This document shows positions 1 through 8,161 of a stretch of 16,177 nucleotides of DNA, one piece after another (position 1 is the stretch's first letter; every line of letters begins with the position of its first letter). Source of the DNA: Candidatus Fermentibacterota bacterium (GTDB taxonomy: Bacteria; Fermentibacterota; Fermentibacteria; Fermentibacterales; JCC-6); assembly GCA_963845085.1 (NCBI GenBank), contig CAWJQI010000003.1:1-16177 (forward strand), given 5' to 3'. The position numbers were made by a program, and so were the translations under genes. The notes beneath the pieces were generated by a model that searched no databases, was not told where the DNA came from, and worked only from the letters and a program-made list of their open reading frames with translations.

Positions 1-1165
1 TCCAGATGATGAGATCAGGGTCATATCCCGGAACGAGGGAACCCTTTGAAGCCGAAAGTCCAAGGGCCGCAGCACCATTGGCCGTAGCAGACACAAGCGC
101 CTCCTCCACGGTGAAACCGCACGCACAGACGGCAAGGCTGACCATGAAGGGCATGGATTCGCAATAACAGCTTCCAGGGTTGAAATCCGAGGCCAGTGCG
201 ACCGCTGCTCCGGCATCGAGAAGCCTCCTCCCCGGGGGAAATGGCTTGTTCAGGAAAAGGGCCGTTCCCGGCAGAAGGGTTGCGACCGTGCGGGATGCCG
301 CGAGCCGTTCTATGTTCATCTCCGAGACGGAAAGAAGGTGATCCGCGCTCATCGCGCCCATCGCAACGGCAAGGCCTGCGCCGTCGGTGTCATGGAACTC
401 GTCGGCGTGCATTCTGATCCTGAAGCCGAGTTTTTTCGCGGCCTCAAGATGCACCCTGCTCTCCTCCCTCGAGAAAACGCCCTTCTCGCAGAAAATGTCA
501 ACGAAATCGGCAAGACCTTCCGCGGCGACGGCTGGAAGCACCACGTGTTCAAGGAATTCGAGATACCCTGCCGCGTTCCCCTCGTACTCGGAGGGAACGG
601 CATGCGCCCCCATGAAGGTCCGGAGGACAGTCTGGGGCACTGAACGGGAAGCCCGGGCGGCTATCCGAAGGCATCGGAGCTCGGTGTCGAGATCGAGACC
701 GTAGCCGCTCTTTGCCTCGACTGTTGTCGTGCCGAGTTTAAGCATGCCTGAAAGGACTCGGAGGAAGTTTCCCTCGATCAGGGCATCGCCTGCCAGACGG
801 GTCGAGCGGACGCTGTTGAGAATGCCGCCCCCCGCAGCCGCTATCTCCTCGTAATCGGCGCCGGCGGCCCGCATGGCGAACTCGCCCTGCCTTGTGGCCC
901 CGAAGAGCGGATGCGTGTGCGAATCGACGAAACCGGGTGTTACGACGCGCCCTGCGGCATCATGGAATGGAAGCCCGGCGCGAAAATGCGAAGGCAGCCC
1001 GATTTCAGGGCCGCACCAGGTTATCTTTCCGTTGGTGCAGACCAGGGCTGCCTTCTCGACAAGACCGATTTCCCCCGAGAGGGCGCCTCTTCTGGGACCC
1101 GCAGGCCCCTTCATCGTGAGAAGCTGCCCTATTCCTCCAAGCAGGAAACCGGCTTCCTGCTCCAC
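1..1165 (-). CDS. hutI: Imidazolonepropionase (amidohydrolase superfamily), 3' end runs off the window
   Basis: Not in the ORF track; translated by hand from GTG at 1165, which overlaps the rpmA TAG by 1 nt. Contains PGFVDSHTHPLFG (HxH), AAAGGGILNSVRSTR, GTTTVEAKSGYGL, TFMGAH, MHADEF, SADHLL, VALASDFNPGS and GSLVPGYDPDLIIW, all HutI hallmark motifs. Confidence 0.93.
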   Translation of the reverse strand, partial: MEQEAGFLLGGIGQLLTMKGPAGPRRGALSGEIGLVEKAALVCTNGKITWCGPEIGLPSHFRAGLPFHDAAGRVVTPGFVDSHTHPLFGATRQGEFAMRAAGADYEEIAAAGGGILNSVRSTRLAGDALIEGNFLRVLSGMLKLGTTTVEAKSGYGLDLDTELRCLRIAARASRSVPQTVLRTFMGAHAVPSEYEGNAAGYLEFLEHVVLPAVAAEGLADFVDIFCEKGVFSREESRVHLEAAKKLGFRIRMHADEFHDTDGAGLAVAMGAMSADHLLSVSEMNIERLAASRTVATLLPGTALFLNKPFPPGRRLLDAGAAVALASDFNPGSCYCESMPFMVSLAVCACGFTVEEALVSATANGAAALGLSASKGSLVPGYDPDLIIW

Positions 1166-1425
1166 TAGGCCTGGATGTCTGGAACCACGGAAGCGACTCT
1201 TCTCGCTCCCAGCATGTGGAACCTCACCCTGCCGTCAATCTTGGCAAAGAGGCAGTCGTCGTGACCTTTGCCCACGTTCACGCCGGGGTGGATCCTGGAT
1301 CCCCTCTGGCGGATGATGATCGTTCCCGCGCTTACCAGAAGGCCGGCCGGAGCCTTGACCCCGAGCCTTCTTCCGGCGCTGTCCCTGCCGTTCCTGGAAC
1401 TGGAACTGCTTTTCTTGTGTGCCAT
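1165..1425 (-). CDS. rpmA: 50S ribosomal protein L27
   Basis: [21 protein letters not shown]...[39 protein letters not shown]-like GAAAGG upstream. Confidence 0.98.
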   Translation of the reverse strand: MAHKKSSSSSRNGRDSAGRRLGVKAPAGLLVSAGTIIIRQRGSRIHPGVNVGKGHDDCLFAKIDGRVRFHMLGARRVASVVPDIQA

Positions 1426-1440
1426 GAGTTGCCTTTCAGA

Positions 1441-3045
1441 CTATTCCGCAACCACAAGCCTTGTGGATGCGCTTTCCCCCCCGGAAGTGAACACCACGGT
1501 GTAAACTCCCGCAGGGACCGTTCCCGCCGCGTTCCAGGTGTAAACACCGGTACCCGCGGAAGGGGTCGCCTCGTGAACCATTCGGCCTGTAATATCATAA
1601 ATGCAAAGCCTGCCCTCAAGCCCCCCTCCGGGGAGTGTTACGATGCAGTTCCCACGGACGGGGTTCGGGCTGGCGGATATGAACATTTCGGGTGAAATCC
1701 CCGAGTTCTCATCCTCTATGCCGGTCGAGAACACGAAGTTGACCTCTATCATCTGGGAGGCGCCCACAACCACTCCGGTCTGGGTCTGCGAGCCCATGCC
1801 TGCCACGGTGGCGGTAACGTTGTACGTGCCGGGAACAAGGGTCTTGGAGTATCCGCCGTTCACTGCGTCGCTCCTCGTGAAGCGAAGCGGAGTGGAATCG
1901 AACCCGTCCGGAATTGCGATGTCGATCTGGGCATCGAGGGGTTCGCCAACGCCGTTCCGCACGGTGCCGTGGATGCCGTAAAGGCAGCTGACCGCCCACT
2001 GAAGCATCGGCATGTAGTTCGCGTTGGCCACACCGGGCCAGTCCGAGGGGGCCTTCACGTTGGACACCTCGATGGTGTGGTCGACCGTGCCGCACTCGCC
2101 GTAGCTCCAGTCGTTCACGTCGCCGTTGGTGGGGTACCAGGAAGCCCCCGGGATCCAGATGTCCCAGTTGCCTGCCCCGTAATAGGCGGTGATGGACGGG
2201 TGCCAGGCGTAGGCCTGGGCCTGCGCGGTCACGAGGGCGAGGTCCTGGATGGGAACGCTGGCACTGTAGTTCCACACCGTATTCACGCACTGGGCGCCGT
2301 CATGGCCCGAAAAGCCTCCCGCGAACACGTTCCTGAGGTTGACGAGCGAGGGCCAGTCCGGTTGTGTGATGTTCCTCACCGCCTGGGTCTCGGGTTCGCT
2401 GAAGGGCGATGACCCTCCCCCGCTCCACATGTAGCTGCAGTTGCGGTTGAGGTCAACGCTGTTCGCGTTGTAGCGGTTGTTGTTGTAGTAGCCGTCGGGG
2501 TTCATCACGGGAATGATCCAGGTTTCGGCGTTGTCGACCAGGTAGGTGCACATGTCGCTCGTGCCGTAGTTGTCGGTGAGGATGGTGAGGAAATTGAGGA
2601 CCGACATGCCCGAACCCTTCTCGTCGCCGTGAATGTTGCCGCACACCCTCACTCTTGGCTCGGGAACGTTCTGGGTTGGGTTCTGCGTTACAACCACCGC
2701 GTAGATGGGCCTTCCCTGCACCGTGGTGCCTATTGTCTCGAGGCGGCAGATCGATGCGTGGTCGGCAACGATGGTCGCGAGGCTGTCGTTCACGGCGGTG
2801 ATGGAAGGGTAGGGAACGAGGGGCGCCGGCTCATCGAGGGCTACGGGGCTGTAGCCAAGCGTTCTGAGCATCGAATTGCCCTGGTCGTTGACGTACACCC
2901 TGGCCTTGTCGCCGAACACAGCCTCGATATCGAAGCCCTGGCTGGTGAGGTAGCGAAGGTCCGCCCAGGCCAGGTCGGGAACCATCACCGAATACCAGCC
3001 GTCCGCCGACATGGAGATAAGGGCTGCAAGGAGCAAAGAGGTCAT
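1441..3045 (-). CDS. Secreted M14 zinc carboxypeptidase with a carboxypeptidase-regulatory-like domain and a T9SS/FlgD-like C-terminal domain
   Basis: Likely start ATG 3045 (MTSLLLAALISMSA, signal-like). Shows HGDE (HxxE), PVMNPDG, RYNANSVDLNRN, FSEPETQA, SGH, GDVNDW and TIEVS, then GIHGTVRNGVGEPLDA..PGTYNVTA. Tail motifs SPNP..YDITGRMV..GVYTV. Confidence 0.88.
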   Translation of the reverse strand: MTSLLLAALISMSADGWYSVMVPDLAWADLRYLTSQGFDIEAVFGDKARVYVNDQGNSMLRTLGYSPVALDEPAPLVPYPSITAVNDSLATIVADHASICRLETIGTTVQGRPIYAVVVTQNPTQNVPEPRVRVCGNIHGDEKGSGMSVLNFLTILTDNYGTSDMCTYLVDNAETWIIPVMNPDGYYNNNRYNANSVDLNRNCSYMWSGGGSSPFSEPETQAVRNITQPDWPSLVNLRNVFAGGFSGHDGAQCVNTVWNYSASVPIQDLALVTAQAQAYAWHPSITAYYGAGNWDIWIPGASWYPTNGDVNDWSYGECGTVDHTIEVSNVKAPSDWPGVANANYMPMLQWAVSCLYGIHGTVRNGVGEPLDAQIDIAIPDGFDSTPLRFTRSDAVNGGYSKTLVPGTYNVTATVAGMGSQTQTGVVVGASQMIEVNFVFSTGIEDENSGISPEMFISASPNPVRGNCIVTLPGGGLEGRLCIYDITGRMVHEATPSAGTGVYTWNAAGTVPAGVYTVVFTSGGESASTRLVVAE

Positions 3046-3110
3046 AACGGTCCGTTTCTCACCCGGGAATGCCCCGGGACTGGGTTGAAGACAAACATGC
3101 AGACAATGCG

Positions 3111-3139
3111 AACATTCCGGGAAACCCGGCACGGGTCAA
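3111..3139 (-). promoter_or_regulatory. Possible sigma70 promoter for the carboxypeptidase-rpmA-hutI run
   Basis: Minus strand TTGACC-17 nt-AATGTT; the -10 is weak. The spacer contains the inverted repeat CCGGG-AAA-CCCGG (3117-3129). Confidence 0.35.
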
Positions 3140-3141
3140 GG

Positions 3142-3170
3142 TTGCAGCTTCATATACCCCATTGTAGAAT
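3142..3170 (+). promoter_or_regulatory. sigma70-type promoter of tRNA-Pro
   Basis: TTGCAG (3142-3147), 17 nt spacer, TAGAAT (3165-3170), ending 12 nt before the tRNA. Confidence 0.65.
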
Positions 3171-3182
3171 AGCAGTTCCGGT

Positions 3183-3259
<77 letters not shown>

Positions 3260-3276
3260 ATCCCAACAAATCGGCT

Positions 3277-4035
3277 TCAGTGCCCGGCGGGCGAATCCCC
3301 TTCCCGGCCGGCCACGATCATCAATTCCATCTCGTCGAGCTCGAGCGGTCTTCTCCCCCAGTTGCCAGCGGTTCCGCCCCAGGCGGAAAGCACACGCAGC
3401 CCGGCGATCCTGCACATCAGTACGAGCTCGGTTGCGATGAAGGAGCGCTCGCGGACGGGAAGCGGCGGCAATCCCTCCCGTGGTGGAAACTCCGACGACT
3501 CGACAAGCGCAACGGGATCGAAACGGCCCGATGAAACAGCGCCTTCGCTCTGGCGGCGGATCGACGCCACTCCGGACAGCATCGTGAAGATTGCCCGGGC
3601 ACCCGGTTTGAGGCTTTTCGAGATGTTCCGCAGTATGGAGAGGGGCTGTTCAATGGGATCATCCCCGTGGGAAAGCAGCCCGAAAGCTCCCTCGCAGATG
3701 CAGATCGCCCCGTCGAACTTCTCACTGAATTCGAACCGGGCGGCATCCGACCGAACCCAGTTCACCTTGACCCCGGCGGACCCAGCCGCCTGTTCGGCCC
3801 GCAGAAGCATCTGCTCGGAGAGGTCCAGACCGGTTACCGCATAACCGCGCCGCGCAAGCTCGATGGAGTGGCGCCCCGTTCCGCACCCCACATCGAGGAT
3901 GGAGGCCCCGGGCGCAACGGCAAGCTCTTCAAGAAGGAAGTCAACCTCGCGTAACGTGTTCCCGGTGAACACGTTCTCATCGTAGACGGGGGCGTGCTGG
4001 TCAAAGAACCGTTCCCAGCTGTTGGTTTCACTCAT
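3277..4035 (-). CDS. Class I SAM-dependent methyltransferase
   Basis: Motif I ILDVGCGTGRH, VTGLDLS, SDA and FDGAICI. ATG 4035 has a GGGAG RBS. Confidence 0.9.
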   Translation of the reverse strand: MSETNSWERFFDQHAPVYDENVFTGNTLREVDFLLEELAVAPGASILDVGCGTGRHSIELARRGYAVTGLDLSEQMLLRAEQAAGSAGVKVNWVRSDAARFEFSEKFDGAICICEGAFGLLSHGDDPIEQPLSILRNISKSLKPGARAIFTMLSGVASIRRQSEGAVSSGRFDPVALVESSEFPPREGLPPLPVRERSFIATELVLMCRIAGLRVLSAWGGTAGNWGRRPLELDEMELMIVAGREGDSPAGH

Positions 4036-4065
4036 CACATTTTCTCCCGGCCCCATGGGGGCTGT

Positions 4066-4365
4066 TCAGTTCATTCCCGGGTCTCGTGGCTGACCCTTTT
4101 CAAAAGTTCCAACGGGCTTCTCCACTATCTCGAAGATCTCAAAGGTTCCCCACGGCCCTATTTTGTCCCAGTTGGCCTGCCATCTTGCGAACAGGGAGAA
4201 ATCCTCCGTCTGCATGAGCTGGAAGCAGAGATCCCTGTCTTTCACACGCCAGCTCTCCAGGTACGAAAGGCCCTCGGGAAGCAGCCGACCGTGCGCCTCG
4301 AAATGCGCAAACACCCGTTCCTTCCAACCCGGTGCGAACTTCTCTATCACCATGTACTGCTTCAT
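4066..4365 (-). CDS. DUF3303-like small protein (99 aa)
   Basis: MKQYMVIEKF..VFAHFEAHGRLLPEGLSYLESW...CFQLMQT...WQANW.D matches the family pattern I recognise. The upstream part of the 245-aa ORF overlaps the GNAT gene, so the start is set at ATG 4365. Confidence 0.75.
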   Translation of the reverse strand: MKQYMVIEKFAPGWKERVFAHFEAHGRLLPEGLSYLESWRVKDRDLCFQLMQTEDFSLFARWQANWDKIGPWGTFEIFEIVEKPVGTFEKGQPRDPGMN

Positions 4366-4486
4366 GTGCTCTTTCCACCCCTTGAAAATCCCGCAGGAAG
4401 CAGCGGCAGTGCTGCCTGATCCTGTTTCTGCAATCAACACCCACGGTGCGATTGCAGTGATAACGCTTGAAACGCCACCCGAAGAT

Positions 4487-4966
4487 TCAGTGGACACCTG
4501 TGAGTCTGAAGCGCACGATCTCCGGCGCAAATCCAAGCGCCCTGAAAGCTTCGTGAGCCCCGGCATTGAAGGACCAGGAGTTGAGTACAATCTCCACGAT
4601 GCCGTTCGAGCGCGCCTCGGCCAGAACAGCTCCGACAAGGGCCCTTGCCACTCCCCTTCTGCGAAACTCCGGCACCACGGAGATCTGGTCGATCTCGCAG
4701 TACTCCCGCCGAAAGCAGAAGGGATTCTCGGCACGGTCGTAACAAACCGAAAGCACGTAACCCGCAGGCGTGCCTTCGACCTCTGCCATCCACGCGCGGG
4801 CACGGGGATCTTCCATCATCGTTCTGAACCACTCCGCTGCCGCAAATGGGTCTGCGGGCTTGAAACGATCCGGCATCCGGGCGGAATGCAGTTCCTGAAC
4901 GAAGGCGTTCAGTCCTGCCAGAAGCTCTGCGTCACCCCTGCCGGCCCGTCTGACACTGATCATCAT
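4487..4966 (-). CDS. GNAT family N-acetyltransferase
   Basis: ISVRRA start, EIDQISVVPEFRRRGVARAL (acetyl-CoA motif A) and NAGAHEAFRALGF (motif B). Confidence 0.9.
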   Translation of the reverse strand: MMISVRRAGRGDAELLAGLNAFVQELHSARMPDRFKPADPFAAAEWFRTMMEDPRARAWMAEVEGTPAGYVLSVCYDRAENPFCFRREYCEIDQISVVPEFRRRGVARALVGAVLAEARSNGIVEIVLNSWSFNAGAHEAFRALGFAPEIVRFRLTGVH

Positions 4967-5101
4967 CGGCCCTTTCATCCGGACACTCCGGGTCTTCTTC
5001 GACACGCCCGTACAGGAAACATGCAGCCGGCACGCTCAGTTCTCCGGCTGGCATATTCCATAAGTCAGGCAGCCGGATGAGCAAGCCTTCAAGGGGTTTC
5101 C

Positions 5102-5127
5102 GGACCTGCGGGAAGCCCCGCAGGTCC
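5102..5127. terminator. Perfect 11-bp stem-loop (terminator-like or RNA-stabilising)
   Basis: GGACCTGCGGG-AAGC-CCCGCAGGTCC, 14 nt past the stop of the 5142-5513 gene. No U-tract on the minus strand. Confidence 0.45.
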
Positions 5128-5141
5128 TTCGCTTTGAAAAG

Positions 5142-5513
5142 CTAAATGTGCCGGGGCGCAGACAACCTTCTGCGCTGAAACCAGCCCAGCAGGAAAAGAA
5201 CCCCCATCACGACCAGCGCGCCGGATATCGAAAGGTAGGCGGTCCAGTGCTCCCGGCCATGTGTGGCGACGAAGTAGAAAACCGCCAGAACAGAAAAGAG
5301 AACGGCTCCGATCCATTCACGCCTCCATGCGACGGCGAGAATGGCCAGCACAAGGAATGTTGGCACCAGATGGATCAGGAAGCCCAGGAGCTTCTCTGCC
5401 AGACTGCCGTCGTAAGCGAACACATCCAGTGCAAAAACACCGAGAAACAGGGCAAAAAGAATGCAAAGCACCCTTGGAGCCCAGAGCAGGATACGATTCA
5501 TGATCGCCCTCAT
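5142..5513 (-). CDS. Small integral membrane protein (about 4 TM helices), conserved hypothetical
   Basis: Hydrophobic segments with WAPRVLCILFALFLGVFALDVF and GFLIHLVP..AWRREWIG; start at 5513 or the next Met. Confidence 0.8.
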   Translation of the reverse strand: MRAIMNRILLWAPRVLCILFALFLGVFALDVFAYDGSLAEKLLGFLIHLVPTFLVLAILAVAWRREWIGAVLFSVLAVFYFVATHGREHWTAYLSISGALVVMGVLFLLGWFQRRRLSAPRHI

Positions 5514-5640
5514 TCCGTTACTCGTTCAGGCTGACCCATCCCTGCCGGAATACGGTAAAACCCACCGGCAGAGAGCGGCTCTTGTCAGAGCAGGGAAATG
5601 CAGGCAGCGGGGAAACAAACCCCGCGGCGCCCCGCAAACC

Positions 5641-5754
5641 CTAGGGGGTTTTCTTCTGGCGCTTGTCCTGCTTCTTCTTCTCGTCCTGCTCCTTCTTGCT
5701 GATCAGCTGCTTCTTGACCTTTTCCTTGTCCTTTTTTCCGCCCTTGTCGCCCAT
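5641..5754 (-). CDS. 37-aa Lys-rich basic small protein (MGDKGGKKDKEK...)
   Basis: Strong RBS AAAGGGAG shortly upstream of ATG 5754, a dedicated upstream promoter and a GC-rich hairpin after the stop. Confidence 0.7.
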   Translation of the reverse strand: MGDKGGKKDKEKVKKQLISKKEQDEKKKQDKRQKKTP

Positions 5755-5839
5755 TGTGCGGCTCCCTTTCTCATGTCGGATGTTTCGTCGCCGGGACCGC
5801 CTCGGTTCGGCTCCCATCCCGCACGACAATAATCATGCA

Positions 5840-5869
5840 ATTCTGCACAACACGTTCTGTTGATGTCAA
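5840..5869 (-). promoter_or_regulatory. sigma70-type promoter for the Lys-rich sORF
   Basis: Minus strand consensus TTGACA (5864-5869), 18 nt spacer, CAGAAT (5840-5845), in an AT-rich patch. Confidence 0.55.
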
Positions 5870-5978
5870 CACGCCCCGGGGCTCCTCCTGCGAAGGCATG
5901 CCCCGCTCCCCCCCCGCATGTTCTTCACCCGGGGGCCTGCCGCTGGAACAGCGCCGGCAGGCCGCCTTCCGGATGAAC

Positions 5979-6941
5979 TCACCTTTCGGCAGGATGCCCG
6001 GGATTCTTCCCGCTCCTGTCCTGGGGCTTGACCCCGCCAAAAACACGACCTTCCTGCGCTGCGGCGAGCAGATCGGCCAGCAGGGGATGATCGGAGACGC
6101 GCAGCAGTGTGAGTGCCGACTCGCCCTCCACGATCCTCTGTGTCTCAAGTATCTCGAACATCGTCGAGGCAACTTCGGGATCGGCACTTATCTCCGCCAT
6201 CGCCTTGCCCACGATGGCCGGACGCACGGCTGCCGCCTTGCCGAACTCGACCGCGGCCAGGCGCTCGGCGGCGTTCTTGATGATGCTGACCTGGTTTGCC
6301 CCGTCCTGCTTGATGGCTGCCGTCACCTGGCGCAGGCGGTTGACCACCTTGCTCTCGATCTGGGAGATCATCTCCGGGTCGCGGAAATGCACCTTCCGGA
6401 TGTAGATGGAACCGAGCTTGTAGCCCCACTCGTTGGACTTGGGCGTAACCTCGTCGCGCACGGTGCGGCTCATGGGATGCCTGTCGACAAGCATCTTCGC
6501 AAGCGGCAGGTTGCTGAGACAGCGAACCGTCGAGTTGCTCACGTTGGCGGCAAGCGACCCCCGCGGGTCCCGGTTCTTGAACAGGTAGGCCACGGGATCG
6601 CTTATGAACATCTCGAACCAGATCCCGATGCCCATTGGGGCGCCCTCTTCGGAGTTGACGGGCTGGCTCCTCAGGTACTGCTGGTCGAGCCTCATGTCGG
6701 TCACGTAGCAGCGTCCCAGCCAGTTGACCAGAAGCGCCCTCCACCCGAGCTTTGCCCAAAGGCAGGAGATCCCGGGTTCCTTCAGTATTCCGATGACGTT
6801 GCCGAACAGAACGTACACATGGCACCGGCGCTCGCGCACTATCGCATAGGCGCCGAACATGCGGGCCAGGCCGAGAAGGATCGGCACCCCGATCAAAAGG
6901 ATGATGAATGTGGCCATTGCAACGAAAAACTGCTGGTTCAC
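5979..6941 (-). CDS. SPFH/Band 7 domain membrane protein (second of pair)
   Basis: N-terminal TM helix, then VYVLFG..ILKEPG, DMR, ISDPVAYLF and WGYKLGSIYIRKV, followed by an Ala-rich coiled-coil segment. GTG start overlaps the upstream TGA (GTGA). Confidence 0.85.
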   Translation of the reverse strand: MNQQFFVAMATFIILLIGVPILLGLARMFGAYAIVRERRCHVYVLFGNVIGILKEPGISCLWAKLGWRALLVNWLGRCYVTDMRLDQQYLRSQPVNSEEGAPMGIGIWFEMFISDPVAYLFKNRDPRGSLAANVSNSTVRCLSNLPLAKMLVDRHPMSRTVRDEVTPKSNEWGYKLGSIYIRKVHFRDPEMISQIESKVVNRLRQVTAAIKQDGANQVSIIKNAAERLAAVEFGKAAAVRPAIVGKAMAEISADPEVASTMFEILETQRIVEGESALTLLRVSDHPLLADLLAAAQEGRVFGGVKPQDRSGKNPGHPAER

Positions 6942-7921
6942 GGCTTCACCTCCGTGAAAAGCCTTTCCGCACGGGTCAGAAGCGCCAGCTTCACGGTGCG
7001 CACGTAGGCTTCCATGGCGTTCATGCCGTTCTGCTTGAGCAGCGCGAGCTGCGCAGCGAGGCGCCGAAGCGGCTCCACATCCGCCTCGGCCTTCAGCGTC
7101 TCGATCTCGACCGCGCGCTTCGACTCAACTATGCGCTGGTCGGCCGCCGCCGTGGCAAGGCTGATGTCGGACGACACCTGGTTGTGTGCGGTGTTGATGG
7201 CTGCAAGGGCCGACTCGACCTCGGGCGGCGGATCGATCCCGGTGATGAGGGAGGCATCGAGCAGTATCCCGTACCTTGCCTGCGAGCAGCGGCATTCGTT
7301 GTCCATGTGCTCGTTCAGGTCACGAAGGTTCTTTCGGAGGTCGTTGATCGAGATGCCCTCGACCGAGACAAGCCCGGAGGTGGCATCGGCCTCAGCCTTC
7401 CCGGGCGCCTCGAATGTGGCTATCCTTTCTCTCAACACTGACACGAAATACCCCATCACATGGGCAATTGGCCTTGTCACTCCGAAGATGTAGGCGTACA
7501 GGTTCCGCTCGGAAACCTGGAACCGGATCTGGCCGCTCAGGCCGGTGTTCAACTGGTCCTTGGTGACCGCCTCGAGCATCGTGCCGTTGTGGTTCGCGGT
7601 CGGCGACTCGGGATCCCAGGCCATGTTGGCGGTCTCGGTGGCAACCGAGACCTTGTAGACCTTCTCCCAGGGCCACTTGAAATACGGGCCGCCCGGTATG
7701 ATGACCTTCACCTGCGGGAAGCAGTAACGCTCCCTCTCCGTCTCGCGAAGTGAATCCGAGATCGGGTCTTCAAGGGTGGTGAGCTTTCCGAGGCGCTTCG
7801 CACGCCCGAACACGGTCTTCACGGCCCTCTGGTTGGGAGCGACCGTGAACAGCCCGGTCAGGATTACCCTGACCACCACCCAGGCAAGGAACCCTATCAG
7901 TACCCCGTTTTGAATATCCAT
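6938..7921 (-). CDS. SPFH/Band 7 domain membrane protein (first of pair)
   Basis: N-terminal TM helix, FTVAPNQRAVKTVFG, PGGPYFKWPWEKVYKVSV, AVTKDQL, YGI...ITGIDPPPEVESA, and an A/E-rich coiled coil. GGGGGGA RBS upstream. Confidence 0.87.
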   Translation of the reverse strand: MDIQNGVLIGFLAWVVVRVILTGLFTVAPNQRAVKTVFGRAKRLGKLTTLEDPISDSLRETERERYCFPQVKVIIPGGPYFKWPWEKVYKVSVATETANMAWDPESPTANHNGTMLEAVTKDQLNTGLSGQIRFQVSERNLYAYIFGVTRPIAHVMGYFVSVLRERIATFEAPGKAEADATSGLVSVEGISINDLRKNLRDLNEHMDNECRCSQARYGILLDASLITGIDPPPEVESALAAINTAHNQVSSDISLATAAADQRIVESKRAVEIETLKAEADVEPLRRLAAQLALLKQNGMNAMEAYVRTVKLALLTRAERLFTEVKP

Positions 7922-7969
7922 CAATCCCCCCCTGTGAATGCTGAATGACTGGAAGGCACCGCCCTGTTA

Positions 7970-7998
7970 CAGATAAGTTCATGTGAACCCAAGGTCAA
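7970..7998 (-). promoter_or_regulatory. Possible promoter of the SPFH operon with a palindrome in the spacer
   Basis: Minus strand TTGACC-17 nt-TATCTG; GTTCA-TG-TGAAC at 7977-7988. Confidence 0.4.
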
Positions 7999-8161
7999 CC
8001 GCAATGACTGAAGGGGTATCAACGGATTCCATGATGCAACGCCTTCGCGGGATCATGCCGGCGGTTCGGGTCCGGCAGCACACGCATACAGCTGCACGGT
8101 CAATCTGTGTGCACGGAAGGCTATGGCGGCATGCTGCCGTGGGGATAAGGCCGGGAATTGC

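Noticed and set aside
196..1316. Several short ORFs listed in the track over the first 1.3 kb
   Set aside because: The region is explained by minus-strand hutI and rpmA.
4163..5080. 305-aa plus-strand ORF, and the 245-aa extension of the DUF3303-like ORF
   Set aside because: Both overlap well-supported GNAT and DUF3303-like genes; typical high-GC spurious frames.
5754..7007. 417-aa plus-strand ORF
   Set aside because: Antisense shadow of the SPFH gene with no recognisable motifs.
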